NCBI GenBank assembly: GCA_026770705.1
Contig: JANJGN010000052.1
Coordinates: forward strand, 1,302,001 to 1,366,000
Length of the DNA: 64,000 nucleotides
DNA from: Isurus oxyrinchus
Lineage: Eukaryota
Direction of reading: 5' to 3'
The notes under the pieces are model-generated. The model did no database searches. It was given only the letters and a program-made list of their open reading frames with translations, and had not been told where the DNA came from. The position numbers were made by a program, and so were the translations under genes. Position 1 is the stretch's first letter, and the number at the start of each line of letters is the position of its first letter. Positions 12,201 to 24,100 of this stretch are shown piece after piece.

Positions 12201-14877
12201 TTCGGAAAAGCGCACGAAAGGGGCTAAAGCGACACTCATCCCAGATCCTGTAGGAGAAGGAAGGTCAAAGGAATATTGTCAGAATGTCCACGAAATTCCC
12301 CAGTTTGAACTGGGATGTAGCTGACCGACTATCTGAATTCAGAATGTTTAAACAGCGTACAGAGCTCTGGTTTCCTGATTCAGCTGTGACTGAACCAGAC
12401 GAGCCACCCATAAAAATTCACCTCGCGATTGGGAATGAAGGTCTACACAGGCTGAACACGTCAGGATTAACAGCAGAAGAGCGAAAGGATCCCCAATAGA
12501 TATGGACGACATTGGAAGACAGGTTCAGAATCAGGTTAAACTTCATATTCATCAACTAGAGTTTATGTCATTTCATCAGCTTACACAATCCATAGACCAC
12601 TTCATCAGCCGATGTAGAGAAAAGGGTACGCACTGTGATTTCAAACACAGAGCCTGCAGACAGAGTTGTTGAGTTGGTGATCGCATCCACTCCCATGGAA
12701 GCCTTCCAGAAAGATCTGCTAGATAAGACCAAAACCTACAGCATTGAAGAGCTACTCAAGGATGGACATAAATACGAAGTGATCCTCGCAGGTCAACGAA
12801 GCTTACAGGTCCTCAGTACAACATCAATTGTTGACACACTCACTAGAACATCCAGACCTAGTGAGACGTGTGGAAGGTGTGGCCTTCTGCAAGCACCAAG
12901 GAAATGCCCAGCTTTCCACCAATCCTGCAAGGCTTGTGGCAGAAAGGGCCATTGACAGCGGCAGGGCACTAGAGCAAAGGCTGATGCCGCTACAGAGAGC
13001 CGTGTGCTGATCCAAACTAACCCTACACAACGGGGAACCTTCAAGCAATAAGAATGACCATCCACTATCCCATCAGGAACATATACATGTGGTGACTGAC
13101 AAACCAGGAAATGGCGATGATGTGCACGGTGAGACGAGGAGCGGTGATCGATATTCTACCTCTCACACATATCCTGACGTGGCTTGCCAATAAATTATGG
13201 ATTGAGGTCTTTATTGATCTCTCTGGGCACATCAAATAAACTGAAAATGTCCCAAGGGGTGGGATTTTCTGGCCCCACCCACTGCCAGGATTGTCCGGAC
13301 CAGCCGAAAGCCAAAGGATTTATGTCTGTCCCAGTCTCAGAAACTACTCCATCACCTCAGTTCATGACATAACATTGAAATATGCAGCAAGTTTCAACAA
13401 TATTGGCAATTTCAAGGGAGCTGGAACATCACACCTGCAGGAGAATGCAAGTCTGTCAGACTCCTTGCATTAAAATAATTGCAATCCAACTTTGCCATTC
13501 TATCTTCTGCCAATAATTTCTCTGCCTTCCAGGTTCATTTGCTCTCTCTTCTAATTTTGGCTGTGCATCTCCCTTTGGTCAACCTCTTCTTGGGATCCCA
13601 TCCCCTGCCATGTTAGTTTAAAGCCTCCCCAGTTGCATCAAGGGTAAAATGCCAATTGAAACAAGGGGCAACATCGAAGAATGACAATCCCACAGATCAA
13701 TGTGAGCAATTAAAGACACCTCCAGACAAAGTTCCCACCACAACGCCTGGGCGTAACAGCAGATTACCTCTATGCTTTAGAGACTTAAATATTCAACAGA
13801 TCTATACATTTATGTAATTGTCAAGAATTATGAAAATGATACCAGAAACCTCTTGTTCCCTGTCCTTGTCAAAGATCCATCCCTGCAGCGGGAGCCTGAA
13901 GAGTTATTGATGTGGGGCTTAATTTGTCAGATTGTAGAATGATCTGGAACAGAAGGAAGCCATTTGGCCCATCGAGCCTGTGCTGGGCCTTTGAAAGATC
14001 TGTCCAATTAGTCCCACTCTCACCTCTGCTCTCTCCTCCACAGCCCTGCAAAATGTCACCTTCAAGTATTTATCCAGTTCCCCTTCTGAAAGTTCCTGTT
14101 GAATCTGCTTCCACCGCCCTTTCAGGCAGTGAGTCAATGGTCTCTCTCTGAGCTGCAAAGTGCTAATATTCTGTGAAATTTAAACTCTGCAGCAGGTTAG
14201 AGACAATCATGATAACTCAGAATATTTGACAGTTTTACACACAGACAGCTTTGCCTTCCTTCTCTCTTTCAGTTATCTTGCTCCCTTTTTGAAGTATCTA
14301 GCATGGCGAGAATGGACAGGAAGTGTGACACTGAACAGCCTGTCTATTCTAGGAGCTGCTGTGTTGTCTTCATGGGAAGTCCTGACTTAGATCAGCAAAA
14401 GACACAAAATTTCAGGGCATTGTTATCCGTGTCCTAGCATCGGGATAGACCTCAACCCCCAGTTTTTATCCCTGATTCTCTATTCAGCCGATCGCTTCCC
14501 TGTCACTCACTGACCTACACTAACTCCCAGTACAGCAATGACTCAAATTTCAAATTCTCATCATTGATTTCTTACCACACCATCCCCCCTCTACACTCCC
14601 GATCCCTGTAACCTCCTCCAACCCTAAAACCCTCTGAGATCTCTGCTCTCCTCCAATTCTGCTGTCAGACATGGAGTCAGTGTATATCAGTGAGCACAGG
14701 GGTGATGGGTGAATGGGACTTGGTGTGTGTTTGTACACTGGCTCACTGCTGAATCGTTTCCCAATCACAGCTCAATAAGAATGATCTTTTACAAAGACTA
14801 TTAACCATAAATCTGTCCAAGCTGACGATGATATTACCTTGGAGAAGTGACAGGAGGAAGTAAGATTTCCCGATCAT
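194..14877 (-). CDS. Gene C: Siglec-like receptor (leader-V-V-C2-C2[MAG-d5-like]-TM), 3'-partial; cytoplasmic exons lie beyond the window start
   Basis: Exons 14838-14877, 8302-8676, 5489-5857, 4379-4675, 1795-2088 and 194-290 join in frame. The TM exon matches that of gene A. Confidence 0.8.
827..1445. repeat. AT-rich 37-bp minisatellite (atgtaacatttatatataatatttatcaatgtaatcc), about 16 copies
   Basis: Periodicity read directly; only about one unit at the paralogous site 44595-44630. Confidence 0.9.
1795..2088 (-). CDS. Gene C membrane-proximal C2-set Ig exon (YKPEISQQSECTRRSEGVTCVCVATSNPAGNLTW...CSVQNPHG...VKG), MAG domain-5/Siglec-10 d5 type
   Basis: Polypyrimidine+cag acceptor and gtgag donor, 294 nt, phase 1-1. 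The C-x8-CxC...SNP...C-x3-N pattern matches the juxtamembrane domain of MAG and Siglec-5/10. Confidence 0.85.
2400..2600. repeat. 37-bp tandem repeat (ccctatctctgtaacctcctccagcccctacaaccct), about 5 copies, LINE-associated
   Basis: Direct periodicity; reverse-strand relatives at about 6930-7030 and 23460-23870. Confidence 0.8.
2700..3786 (+). mobile_element. Penelope-like retroelement 3' fragment (GIY-YIG endonuclease remnant plus pLTR)
   Basis: ORF 2943-3272 NLIYCIHCSQC..LYIGDTKHRLGDR..EH is a GIY-YIG pattern; degenerate hammerhead-like core near 3724-3752. Confidence 0.8.
3787..4097 (+). mobile_element. RTE-clade LINE 3' fragment
   Basis: MLRISWMDRKTNEWLR resembles the RTE ORF C-terminus; (caaa)n tail; paralogous copy at 44645-44895. 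Confidence 0.6.
4115..4181 (-). pseudogene. Gene C relic: 3' 67 nt of a repeated-type C2 exon (..[21 protein letters not shown]), acceptor deleted
   Basis: Matches the 3' end of exon 44912-45193 together with its downstream flank; homology stops at 4181. Confidence 0.85.
4379..4675 (-). CDS. Gene C Siglec domain-2-type C2 exon ([10 protein letters not shown]...[18 protein letters not shown]...LSCRV..TVQ)
   Basis: 297 nt, phase 1-1; the C-x5-C..P..W pattern is like CD33 domain 2. Confidence 0.9.
5489..5857 (-). CDS. Gene C second V-set exon (essential Arg present, PYFFRIEF)
   Basis: 369 nt, phase 1-1; EGSCVQIPC...DCSLII...DAGPYFFR is the Siglec V-set signature. Confidence 0.92.
5915..6705 (+). 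mobile_element. CR1-type LINE 3' fragment
   Basis: QRDLGVLVHESQKVS and FKTEMRRNFLSQR..LWNSLP motifs; near-identical copy at 21770-22560. Confidence 0.8.
6760..8045 (-). mobile_element. L2/CR1-group LINE reverse transcriptase fragment
   Basis: PISSL..KVLER..QSG...ETALIKVTN..LVLLDLSAAFD.LDH RT motifs, frameshifted; paralogous copy at about 23100-24590. Confidence 0.8.
8302..8676 (-). CDS. Gene C first V-set exon (divergent; essential Arg replaced by Gly, YYLFGTEF)
   Basis: 375 nt, phase 1-1, open frame; Siglec V-set cysteines retained. Confidence 0.88.
9080..11488 (+). mobile_element. Two adjacent probable solo-LTR-like insertions (about 9080-10168 and 10172-11488); internal ~165-bp tandem duplication at 9758-10085
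   Basis: TG...ATAACA termini, AATAAA near the 3' ends, no coding capacity. Family not identified. Confidence 0.45.
12284..13200 (+). mobile_element. Degenerate Ty3/Gypsy gag fragment
   Basis: FRMFKQR..LAIGNEG..; CGRCG..PRKCPA..CKACGRKGH zinc-knuckle; interrupted by stops and frameshifts. Confidence 0.7.
14838..14877 (-). CDS. Gene C leader (signal peptide) exon, coding part [13 protein letters not shown]
   Basis: acaATG context, 40 nt, gtaat donor; conserved in all three genes. Confidence 0.85.
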
Positions 14878-14950
14878 TGTCCACTCCCAGATATTTCATT
14901 AGCTTCTGACTCTCAAACTCTGAAAGAGAAAGGAGTTAATGAGACCTCAC

Positions 14951-15410
14951 CTCTTGTCCGACAGCTCTCAAGAGATCAGAACTGCTTTTGGACAATGTCT
15001 TGACAGACTAATTTAATTCTCTGTGGGATGATAGGTACTCTGCAGAGAATACAAGGCTTTAAGAAAGAAAAACATTGAAGGATTTGCATTTCTATTGCAC
15101 CTTTCACCACCTCAAGACGTCCCAAAGCTCATGTCTCTGCAATTCCCTCATCCCTTGAGCTAGAAAGATGTTCTGTACAACAGACTTGAGCCTCACACCC
15201 TGATCTCAATAATCAGTAGAAATCTTTCAAATGCATGAATCATTGGAATCTGTCTTTATAAAGTCACAACATCAACAAAGGACGGTGTTGGTCATGGAAG
15301 TGAATTCCAATCGTTCCGTTACTTACCCAGGACCCGTCCGACTGCTCGTCTGGAGAGGAACTGCCCACCCGCTCTGCTTGAGCTGAATGACCTCTTCCTG
15401 TGCTGCTCCC
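14951..15410 (-). other. Gene C putative non-coding 5' exons (14951-15039, and an exon ending at the donor next to 15327)
   Basis: Conserved ctgcag acceptor and gtgag/gtaagt donors at equivalent positions in all three genes. Confidence 0.5.
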
Positions 15411-15452
15411 TCTGTGTGTTAATTAGAAAGGGTGGATGTGTCACTGTGAGAC

Positions 15453-15466
15453 AAAATGAGGAAGTG
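15453..15466 (+). promoter_or_regulatory. PU.1/ETS-like site (aaaatgaggaagtg) just upstream of gene C's putative first exon
   Basis: Close match to the PU.1 consensus; positional counterpart at 62797-62810 in gene A. Confidence 0.45.
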
Positions 15467-15689
15467 GGTAACCAGTGAGAAGATCGAGGATGTTTTGTGC
15501 TCTCAGCAAAACGTTTACCATCTGATGATCTGTCAGCTCATATATGGGCATCTATAGTCATGAAGCTTCTCCATTGGCTCCGTGGGATTAGACTCCTCCC
15601 CCTCACCTCGGAGGCTGAAACTCAGGCGATAAGAGTTCCCAATACAGGTCTCTGGCCTTATGATTCATTTCAACGATCCCTGTTATCAT

Positions 15690-16675
15690 TACGGAGAGAG
15701 TGCTGCACTGTCAGTGGGACAGTACTGTGGGAGTGCTGCACTGTGGGAGGGTCAGTACTGAGGGAGTGCTGCACTAGCAGAGGGTCAGTAATGTGGGGGT
15801 GCTGCAATATCAGAGGGTGAGCAATGTGGGAGTGCTGCATTGTCAGAGGTTCAGTAATGAGGGAGTGCTGCAATGTAGGAGGGACAGTAGTGAGGGAGTG
15901 CTGCACTGTCAGAGGGTCAGTAATGTGGGAGTGCTGCACTGTCAGAGGGTCAGTAATGAGGGAGTGCTGCACTATCAGATGGTCAGTAATGTGGGAGTGC
16001 TGAACAGTCAGCGTGTCTGTACTGAGTGAGTTCCACACAGTCGGAGGCTCAGTATTGAGGGGGTGCCGGACTGTGGGATGGTTAATACTGAGGTAGAGCG
16101 GAGTAAGAGCAGATATCCTTTCATGGCAAAGTTTAACTGGAATTTATTTAAACAGAGATTCTTGTACTGTGTGTTATTGCAAAAGAAAGGATTTGAGGAA
16201 CTAAGTCTTGTTCCCGTAAGCCTAAAAATAATTTTCACTGATTTCAATGATGTAGCAATGAAACCTCCCTCTTTGGGCACCAATCTTGATTGAAACAACT
16301 TGCGCAGCACAGTGGGAGTACTGATAGAGTGCTGCACTGTGGGAGGTTGAGTACTGAGGGAGTGCTGCACTGTCAGAGAGTCTGTACCACGGGAGTGCTG
16401 AACTGTCGGAAGGTCAGTAGTGAGGGAGGGATACAGTGTCAGAGAATCAGTACTGAGGGAGTGCTGTACTGTGGGTGGGTGAGTACTGAGGGAGTGCTGC
16501 ACTGTCAGATTGTCAGCCATGAGGGAATGCTGCACTGTCAGAATGTTAGTGCTGACGGGGTGCTGCACTTGAAAAGGGTCAATAATGAGGTTGTGCAGCA
16601 CTGTCAGAGGGACAGTAATGAGGGAGCGCTGCACTGACGGAGGGTCAGCACTGAGGAAACGCTGCACTGTCAGTT
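15690..16675. repeat. Degenerate 33-bp satellite arrays (gagggagtgctgcactgtcagagggtcagtact)
   Basis: Same unit as 40159-42818 in the opposite orientation; interrupted at about 16075-16305. Confidence 0.85.
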
Positions 16676-17334
16676 CTGATTGTGGTCCGCAATGTCCTAA
16701 GTGCATTCTAGGCACTGCCCAAGATTCCGCCTGATGTCTGTGTAACAACAACATCATGTACAAGTCAAGAATAATTCTCACTGTGTCAGTGCAGCAAGAC
16801 AGCTTTGGAATGGCACCACCACTGGCAGGAGTGTGCAACTACAATGTGACATGTTTACATTGGAAATTTCTATTATAAAGATGGGCAATGGAATTCATAT
16901 GATGGAGAAAATGTGACAACATGAAGTAATGTCTTTGAGCCAAGAATTTGGCTGCAAAATAAGAATTTTAATCTATAAATATCTACAGAACAGGCTGAGC
17001 ATTTTAATCACTTGAGTTAATCAATGTAATTTTATTCATAACCCAAATGCCTCCTACAATCTATCGCAGCATTAAAAAGGTGCAGTATTCAGAAAGCACA
17101 TTCCAATCAGAGAACAGAGTTTAGCAACATCACATTTCTGTTCATTCCTATTCGACCATGTTGGCTGCACACAGCCAGACAATGCCGTGGTTATGATGTG
17201 TCCACACAGCAGGACTGGGGAGCACCAGGTATAAGGAAAAGTTTCAGCTTGCTGAGGAGAAGAAGGAGAATCTCTCGTTCCAGGTTTCTCTCCGTACATT
17301 AAGAAGCAGGCATGCCGATGTTTCATTGCACTCT

Positions 17335-17995
17335 GTCTGCTGATGGGAGTCCGCTTGGAAATTGCTGTTTGTGCTGATGGAAAGAATAAGCTTTTCATAA
17401 ATCGAGGGATTGAAAACAAACACAGGGAGGTTATGCTGAACATTTACAAAGCTCTGGTTAGGTCACAACTAGAGTATTGTGTCCAGTTCTGGTCTCCTCA
17501 CTTTGGGAAGGAAGTGAGGGTCCTTGAGAGGGTGGGGAGGAGATTGAGCAGAATGGGTCCAGGGATGAGGGATTTTAGCTACAAGGTTGGGTTGGAGAAG
17601 CTGGGGTTGTTCTCCTTGGAGCAAAGGAGATTGAGGGGGGATCTGATCGAGGTGTACAAGATGATGATGGGTTTAGATAACGGTAGACAAAGAGAAGCTG
17701 TTGCCATTAGCTGATGGTACAAGGACTGGGGGACACAGATTGAAGGTTTTGGGCAGAGGGGGGATGTGAGGAGGAACTTTTTTACACAGCAAGTGGTAAT
17801 GAGCTGGAACTCGCTGCCTACGAGGATGGTGGAAGCGGAGACGATGAACGATTTCAAAAGGAAATTGGATGGACACTTGAGGGGAAATAAACTTGAAGAG
17901 ATACAGGGATAGAGTGGGGGAATGGAACTGACTGGATTGCTCTACAGAGAGACAGCATGGAGTCGATGGGCCAAATGCCGTTCTTCTGTTCCATG
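17335..17995 (+). mobile_element. CR1-type LINE 3' fragment in the putative 3' UTR of gene B
   Basis: YKALVRSQLEYCVQFWSP...GLFSLEQRRLRGDLIEVYK is the CR1 ORF2 C-terminus. Confidence 0.85.
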
Positions 17996-18019
17996 ATGAG
18001 ATTGTTGCTGTACAATGCT

Positions 18020-18159
18020 TCAAACAGTCTGTCGACTTCCTTTCACTGTTTGTTCCTCCCAGACACAGACTCCAGCGATAGTGATAGCCACAGCCACAAG
18101 GAATATCACAGCTCGTATTCCCAGGATCAGGATCACGTGCAGAATCTCTCCTCCACTGT
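18020..18159 (-). CDS. Gene B terminal TM/cytoplasmic exon: (D)SGGEILHVILILGIRAVIFLVAVAITIAGVCVWEEQTVKGSRQTV*
   Basis: tgtgttctctag acceptor; phase-1 reading gives a hydrophobic segment with a single Arg, a 12-aa tail after Trp and TGA at 18020-18022. Confidence 0.78.
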
Positions 18160-21100
18160 CTAGAGAACACACAGAAAGAAATCATCACTGACTCTCCGCT
18201 TTCAATCTCTCACTCTGGCTGAGCAATCAAGCTTCATATCACTGCAACATTTGCTGTAATATTGACCCATCCACTGGGATTCAATGTGGAATGAATGTTT
18301 TCACTGTAAACACTCTAAGAGTGGACAATCGGAACTTTCCCCTTAGCGTGGAACATTGGTGAGAATGGATCATTGTGCTGTTGGACTCCCTGTCCAATGT
18401 TTCTCTCCATCGCTGTGTACAGGATTGTGCTGTAGAAAATTCTGGAAACGTTTTGTGAAGGATGGAAATCCATCTCGGACGTGTGTGCGAATCGGGCAGG
18501 ATCGAGATGGAATCCCCCATGGACTTACACCCCCCGCTTAATAAACAGTTCCAATCTTTACCCAGAGAGAGGGGAGAATGTGGAACTCGCTCCCACTGGG
18601 AGTGGTTGATGTGAACAGTATCGATGTATTTACGGGGCAGGAGGGTCAGTAACCAGAGGGACACAGATTGACGAACTGGAGGGGGAGATGAGGAGAATTT
18701 GTTTTGACAGAGCGAGTTGTTGTGCTCTGGAAGGTGCTGCCTGAAAGGGCGGTGGAAGCAGATTCAATAGGAACTTTCAAAAGGGGAATTGGATAAACAC
18801 TTGAAGGAGGAAGATGGGGGCAAAGTGGAGTGGTGGTTAGTGGATCTGATGGGATAGAACATTGAAAGACCTGGCACAGGCACAATGGGCTGAATGGCTT
18901 CCTCCTGTGCTGTATCATTCTCCACTTCCATGATCTCTCCCCCAGTCAGTAACCACTCCAGATCCCTCTTGAAGGCAACAGAGCAACAGCAACCACCACA
19001 CCCACAGACAGCACATTCCCGAGGATCACTGCTCTCTGGGAAAAGATGAACTCCCCAACATCCAGCCTATTCCTGCTTCCCAGAGAGTGTAAACCCTTCA
19101 GGGAGGCACTGAGGAAGTTTTCAATAAAATGACATCAAATCTACCGTTTTAGAAATAATTTAATTCCGATGAACTCACAGCTTGTGAGGCAAACTGGGAA
19201 GTGGATTTGCTTGAAAAGCTGAGAGATGCAAGGGTTAAGTTCTACTGTGCACCACTGGTGGTACAGTGTAACTACAGCGTGACGTTTACATAGGCAATCC
19301 CTATTATAAACAAGGACATTGGACATCAGGTGAAATACGGGCAGTGGAAAAGTGAGAACATGATGTAAGCTTTTCACCAACAGGGATTCCCTTCCTAAAC
19401 CTCTCCACCTCTCTCTTACTCTCAGATACTCAAACAAAATTTCACACAGATTCAGGTAAGGAGGAGTTGGGACAATTGACTGGTCAAAGGGTTAGGTTTC
19501 AGGAAGCTTCTTAAAGGAGGATAGAGAGTTGGAGAGACAGAGAGTATCTGTGAGTGTCTCTATGCATCTGAGTGTCTGTAATAGACTTTGCAATTTCCAT
19601 ATTCTTCCATAAACATGAAAGAGAACAAAAATCTCAGAATCCAGGTCAACTCTCCAGTGCGGCACTGAGGGAGGTCAGGTAACCCACTGGGGAGTATTGT
19701 GCTAGTGTGTTTGTTTGTGTCTTTGTGTGTGCTCATATACGAGGGATTGTGTATCTGCAGGTGTCTATTTAGGTCTGTATATTTGTGTGTGTTTGTGTCA
19801 TGTTTCAATCTGAGACAGATGATGAAATCTGTGTACACTCACATTCCACAGTGATGGTTATGAATCCCTCCACTGCTCCATGTTCATTCTCTGCCAAACA
19901 CTGATAGTCTCCAGTGTCCCTGGATGTAACGTGAGGAATCACCAACCACAGCTCATTGTTGGAACTTGTTCTGTTCATTGTGATATTCAGATATCAGGGC
20001 AGGACTCAACAAGACAGATCGCATGTTTACCAACAGAGAGTGAACAACAATTTATATTTAAAGGGAAGAGAGTGCTGATTGGTTGGCAAGTGGTCTCTGA
20101 TAGGTGGATGTGTTGCCATGGAAAATAATGTGTGTGAGATTTAAAGTTTAAACAGCTTGTCTCTTCATTCAGCAACAATCAAATAAAGATCAATTAACTT
20201 CTATCGACTGTGAAGCTAATTGAGAGGCATGAGAATGTGGACACTGAGAACGGGCTGCACTGTCAGAGGGTCTGCGCTGAGGGAGTGCTGATGTAGAATG
20301 AAGGGTGTCCGTACTTACCTTGCACAGTTAGTACGAGGGTCCGCTCCGATGAAACAGATGGATATCTCACTCTGCAGCTGAGAGTGTGTCCGTGGTGTTT
20401 GAGTGATGGGATCAGGGTCAGAACAGAAGTATAGGTCAGAGTGACACCATGCTGAGTTACAGTGTTTGAGACTGATCCAGGTACGTCAGTGGGAGTGTCC
20501 CAGGTTAAGACAGGTGCTGCTGTTCTATTGCACGTTGTGTTGAAGGTGCAGCTTACATCCACACGCTTTCCTGCAATAATTTCAGCAGGGAATATCGTGG
20601 GTTTATCTGTGAAATCTAACAGACAGAGAATGGATCCTTTTAGAGAAATATAACGTGAAGCATCAGTTCAAAGAGAAATCACAGTCCCACAAGAGAAAGC
20701 ACTTTTACAAGGATGATATCAGAACTGAGAGGTTACAACGATCAGGAGAGAATTTCCTGCTTTGAGACTTTGGTGTTTCTGTCTCTCAGCTTAATACACG
20801 TTCACTCCGAGACACTTGAACTGATAATAGTGGGTGAGGGTGGAGGAGCAGACCAGAGTTTGGAGTGCACTACCTCATCATTCACTCAGCGATCTGGGCC
20901 ATTTAGTACTTTGCAATTGGAAGGAGATTGCTGTGCGCAAATTGGCTGCTGTGTTTCTCACATTACAACAGTAACTACAATTCAGGAATCAGCTCATTGG
21001 CTGTGAAGTGACTTGGTACATATTGAGGTGGTGAAAGGCTCCATAAAAATGTGAATCTTTCTTTTGTCGATATGTCAGTCTTCGAGACAGGATTAGAGAG

Positions 21101-24100
21101 AACGACGCGAGTGGATAACCTGATAACATTGATGGACACAGTCAATACATTTAATCATTGATATTAAACAAGTATTAGAGGTTGCTTTAGGACTGAACTG
21201 GAAGCTATCACCAGGTTATTGAGAATCAGACAGTGTGTTATAATAAGCTGTGTTTTGTGTTAATATGTAAACGTCACAGTTTGCGTTATTTCCCATTGAG
21301 TGTTGAATGTGAATTGTTGAGTAATTATAACACAGCACTTACCAGAAATGTGAAGCTGGGTTGCAGGATAGTAGCTGTAACTATTACTGTTGTCAAATTC
21401 TATTCTGAAATAATAAGGTCCTGCATCTTCCCGTCTGATGTTGTTTATAATCAGGGAACAGTCGCCATCTTTCAGGTCTCCAGACAGCCGGGTCCGTTGG
21501 TGGAACCGTGGTAACTCGTGACTGTGATCCTTGGAGTGAAAGGCTATAGACAATGTTCTCCATTCCTCATTATTAAACCAGACTCCACCTCGTGGTTGGT
21601 TTTCCAGACACGATGGATAACTGTAATGACATGGAATCTGTACACGCGAACCTTCCTGCGCTGTCACCTCTCGTGGAGTGTCACCTTTCCACTCTTGTGA
21701 CAGTCCAACTGGGGAGAAAAATATCAATATTTAACTCTGGATGTTTTATGGATCCACTGAACCCGATATTTACAGATGAGGCTGAATTGGGGGGATGGTC
21801 AATACTGAGGAGAATGGCAACAAATTATTTTGGCAGGAAGAATAGAAAAGCAGAATATTATTTAAATGGAGACAGGCTGCAGAATGCAGTACAGAGGGAT
21901 CTGGGTGTCCTTGTACATGAATCACAGAAAGTCAGCATTCAGGAACACCACAGAATGAGGAAGGCAAGTGGAATGTTGGCCTTTATTGTGAAGAGATGGA
22001 GTTTAAGAGGAGGTAAGTCTTGCAACAGCTGCACAGGGCGGTAGTGAGATTGTAACAGGATCATTGTGTACAGGCAGTTCAGAGAAGCTTCACTGGGCTG
22101 ATTCCTGGGATTAAAGGGTTTGTCCTGTGAGGAAATGTTGAGCAGGTTGGGCCTGTATCCATTGGAGTTTAGAAGAATGAGGGGTGACCTTATTGAAACA
22201 TATCCGATTCCGAGGGGGCTTGACAGGGTGGATGCTGGGAGGATGTTTCCCCCTCGTGGGGGAATCTAGAACCAGGGAGCACAGTTTCGGAATGAGGGCT
22301 CTCCCATTTAAGACTGAGATGAGGAGGAATTTCCTGTCTCAGAGGGGCGCTAGCCTGTGGAATTCTCTTCCCCAGAGAGCAGTGGAGGCTGGGCCATTGA
22401 ATAGACTCAAGGCTGAGTGAGGCAGGTTTTCGATCGACAAGGGAGTCAAGGGTTTGGGGGACAGGCAGGAAAATGGAGTTAAGGCCACAACCAGATCAGT
22501 GAGAGCAGGCTCGAGGGGCCGAATGGCCTGCTCCTGTCCCTATTTCTTATGTTCCTACATTCTTACCATCTTAAAATATTAAAGCTGCAGAGTAAACATG
22601 CAAGTGACTGACCCGCTCGGCCCACCTTCCATCTGGGGGTCCCATGGGGAGGACCCTTCCTGAGCCAGATCCACCAGCCAACATGGTCTGGATCCGAGCA
22701 CAGGAGACACGGGGGGGAGTGACTAACAGGCTCCTTGTGACAGGCCCCATCTGTCCAATGGCTGGCTTTCAGCTGCCAAGGCCAGAGTGGTCCTTGCTAA
22801 AACCAGCTCAGGACAGGTCAGGACCCCTGTGCAGACCCCCTCCAGCGCTGCAGCCTCTGTACAAACCCCTCATGCGCTTGTGGAGAGACACAAACAAGGC
22901 TGCACATTACCGAGGAGAATCCCCTCTACGGACTAAGGGGCTGACTCATCACCTTAAACTCAGCAAATGAGGAGGCTCTCGCTCGGTATCGGGGCTTGGC
23001 ATTCGCTCAATAAAAATAATCAAATTACATTTTGGTCAGAAATCTAAGCAGGTTGTACATTCCCTCAAAAATAAGACTCGAGCTGGGGTCGCGGGTCAAA
23101 GGGCAACAACTTATATTTACACAACAACTTTAACATGACAAATCACCCCAAGGTGCTACACAGGAGCGTCATAAAACAAAGTATGTCACCCAGACACGTG
23201 TGGAGATATTAGCGACAGCTGACCAGAAGAGGTCGGTGTTATGGAGAATCTTCAAAGAGGGATGAAATGGATAGGGAGAGAGAGAGAGAGATAGAAATAG
23301 AGAGAGAGAGAGAGCGAGAGTGAGAGAGAGGGATGGAGAGGGGTTGAGGGAGGGTATTACAGAGCTCGGGCCCCAGGCAGCTGAAGGCACGGCCGCCGAT
23401 ATTGCAGTGATGGGATCGGGGGATGGTCAAGAGGCTGGAATTGGATGAGCACAGAGACCTCAGAGGGTTGGAGGGGCTGGAGGAGTTTGCAGAGGTAGGG
23501 AGGTTTGTAGTGATTGGAGGAGTTATAGCGATAGGGAGGTTTTTAGGGGCTGGAAAAGTTAAGAGAGATTGGGGAGTGTAGAGTCTGGAGGAGTTTGCAG
23601 AGGTAGGGAGGGTTGTAGTGACTGGGGGAGGTTACAGAGGTAGGGAAAGTTGTCGGGACTGGAGCAGGCTACAGAGATAGGGAAGCTTTTAGGGGCAGGA
23701 GGAAGTTACAGAAATAGGGAGGTTTGTAGTGGCTGGAGGAGGTTGCAGAGATTGGTAGGTTTGTTGGGCAGGATCAATTTGCAGATATAGGGAAGCGGTA
23801 GATACTTCAAGAGGTTACAGAGAATGGGATGGTTGTAGGTACTGGAGGAGGACGAGGAGATTGCAGGGATAGTGAGGAAACAAAGATGAAAATTGTGACA
23901 TTGAGACTTTGCTTGACCAGGAGCCAGTCTCGGTCATCGAGCAGAGCAGGTGATAAGGGAACGGGACTTGGTGTGAGTAAGGACGTGGTCAGAAGTTTTG
24001 AATGGCCTCAAGTTTATGGAGTGTAGAGCGTGTGTTGGAACAGTCGAGTCTGGAGGTAATGAAGGCGTGGATGAGGGTTTCAGCAGCAGATGAGCTGAGA

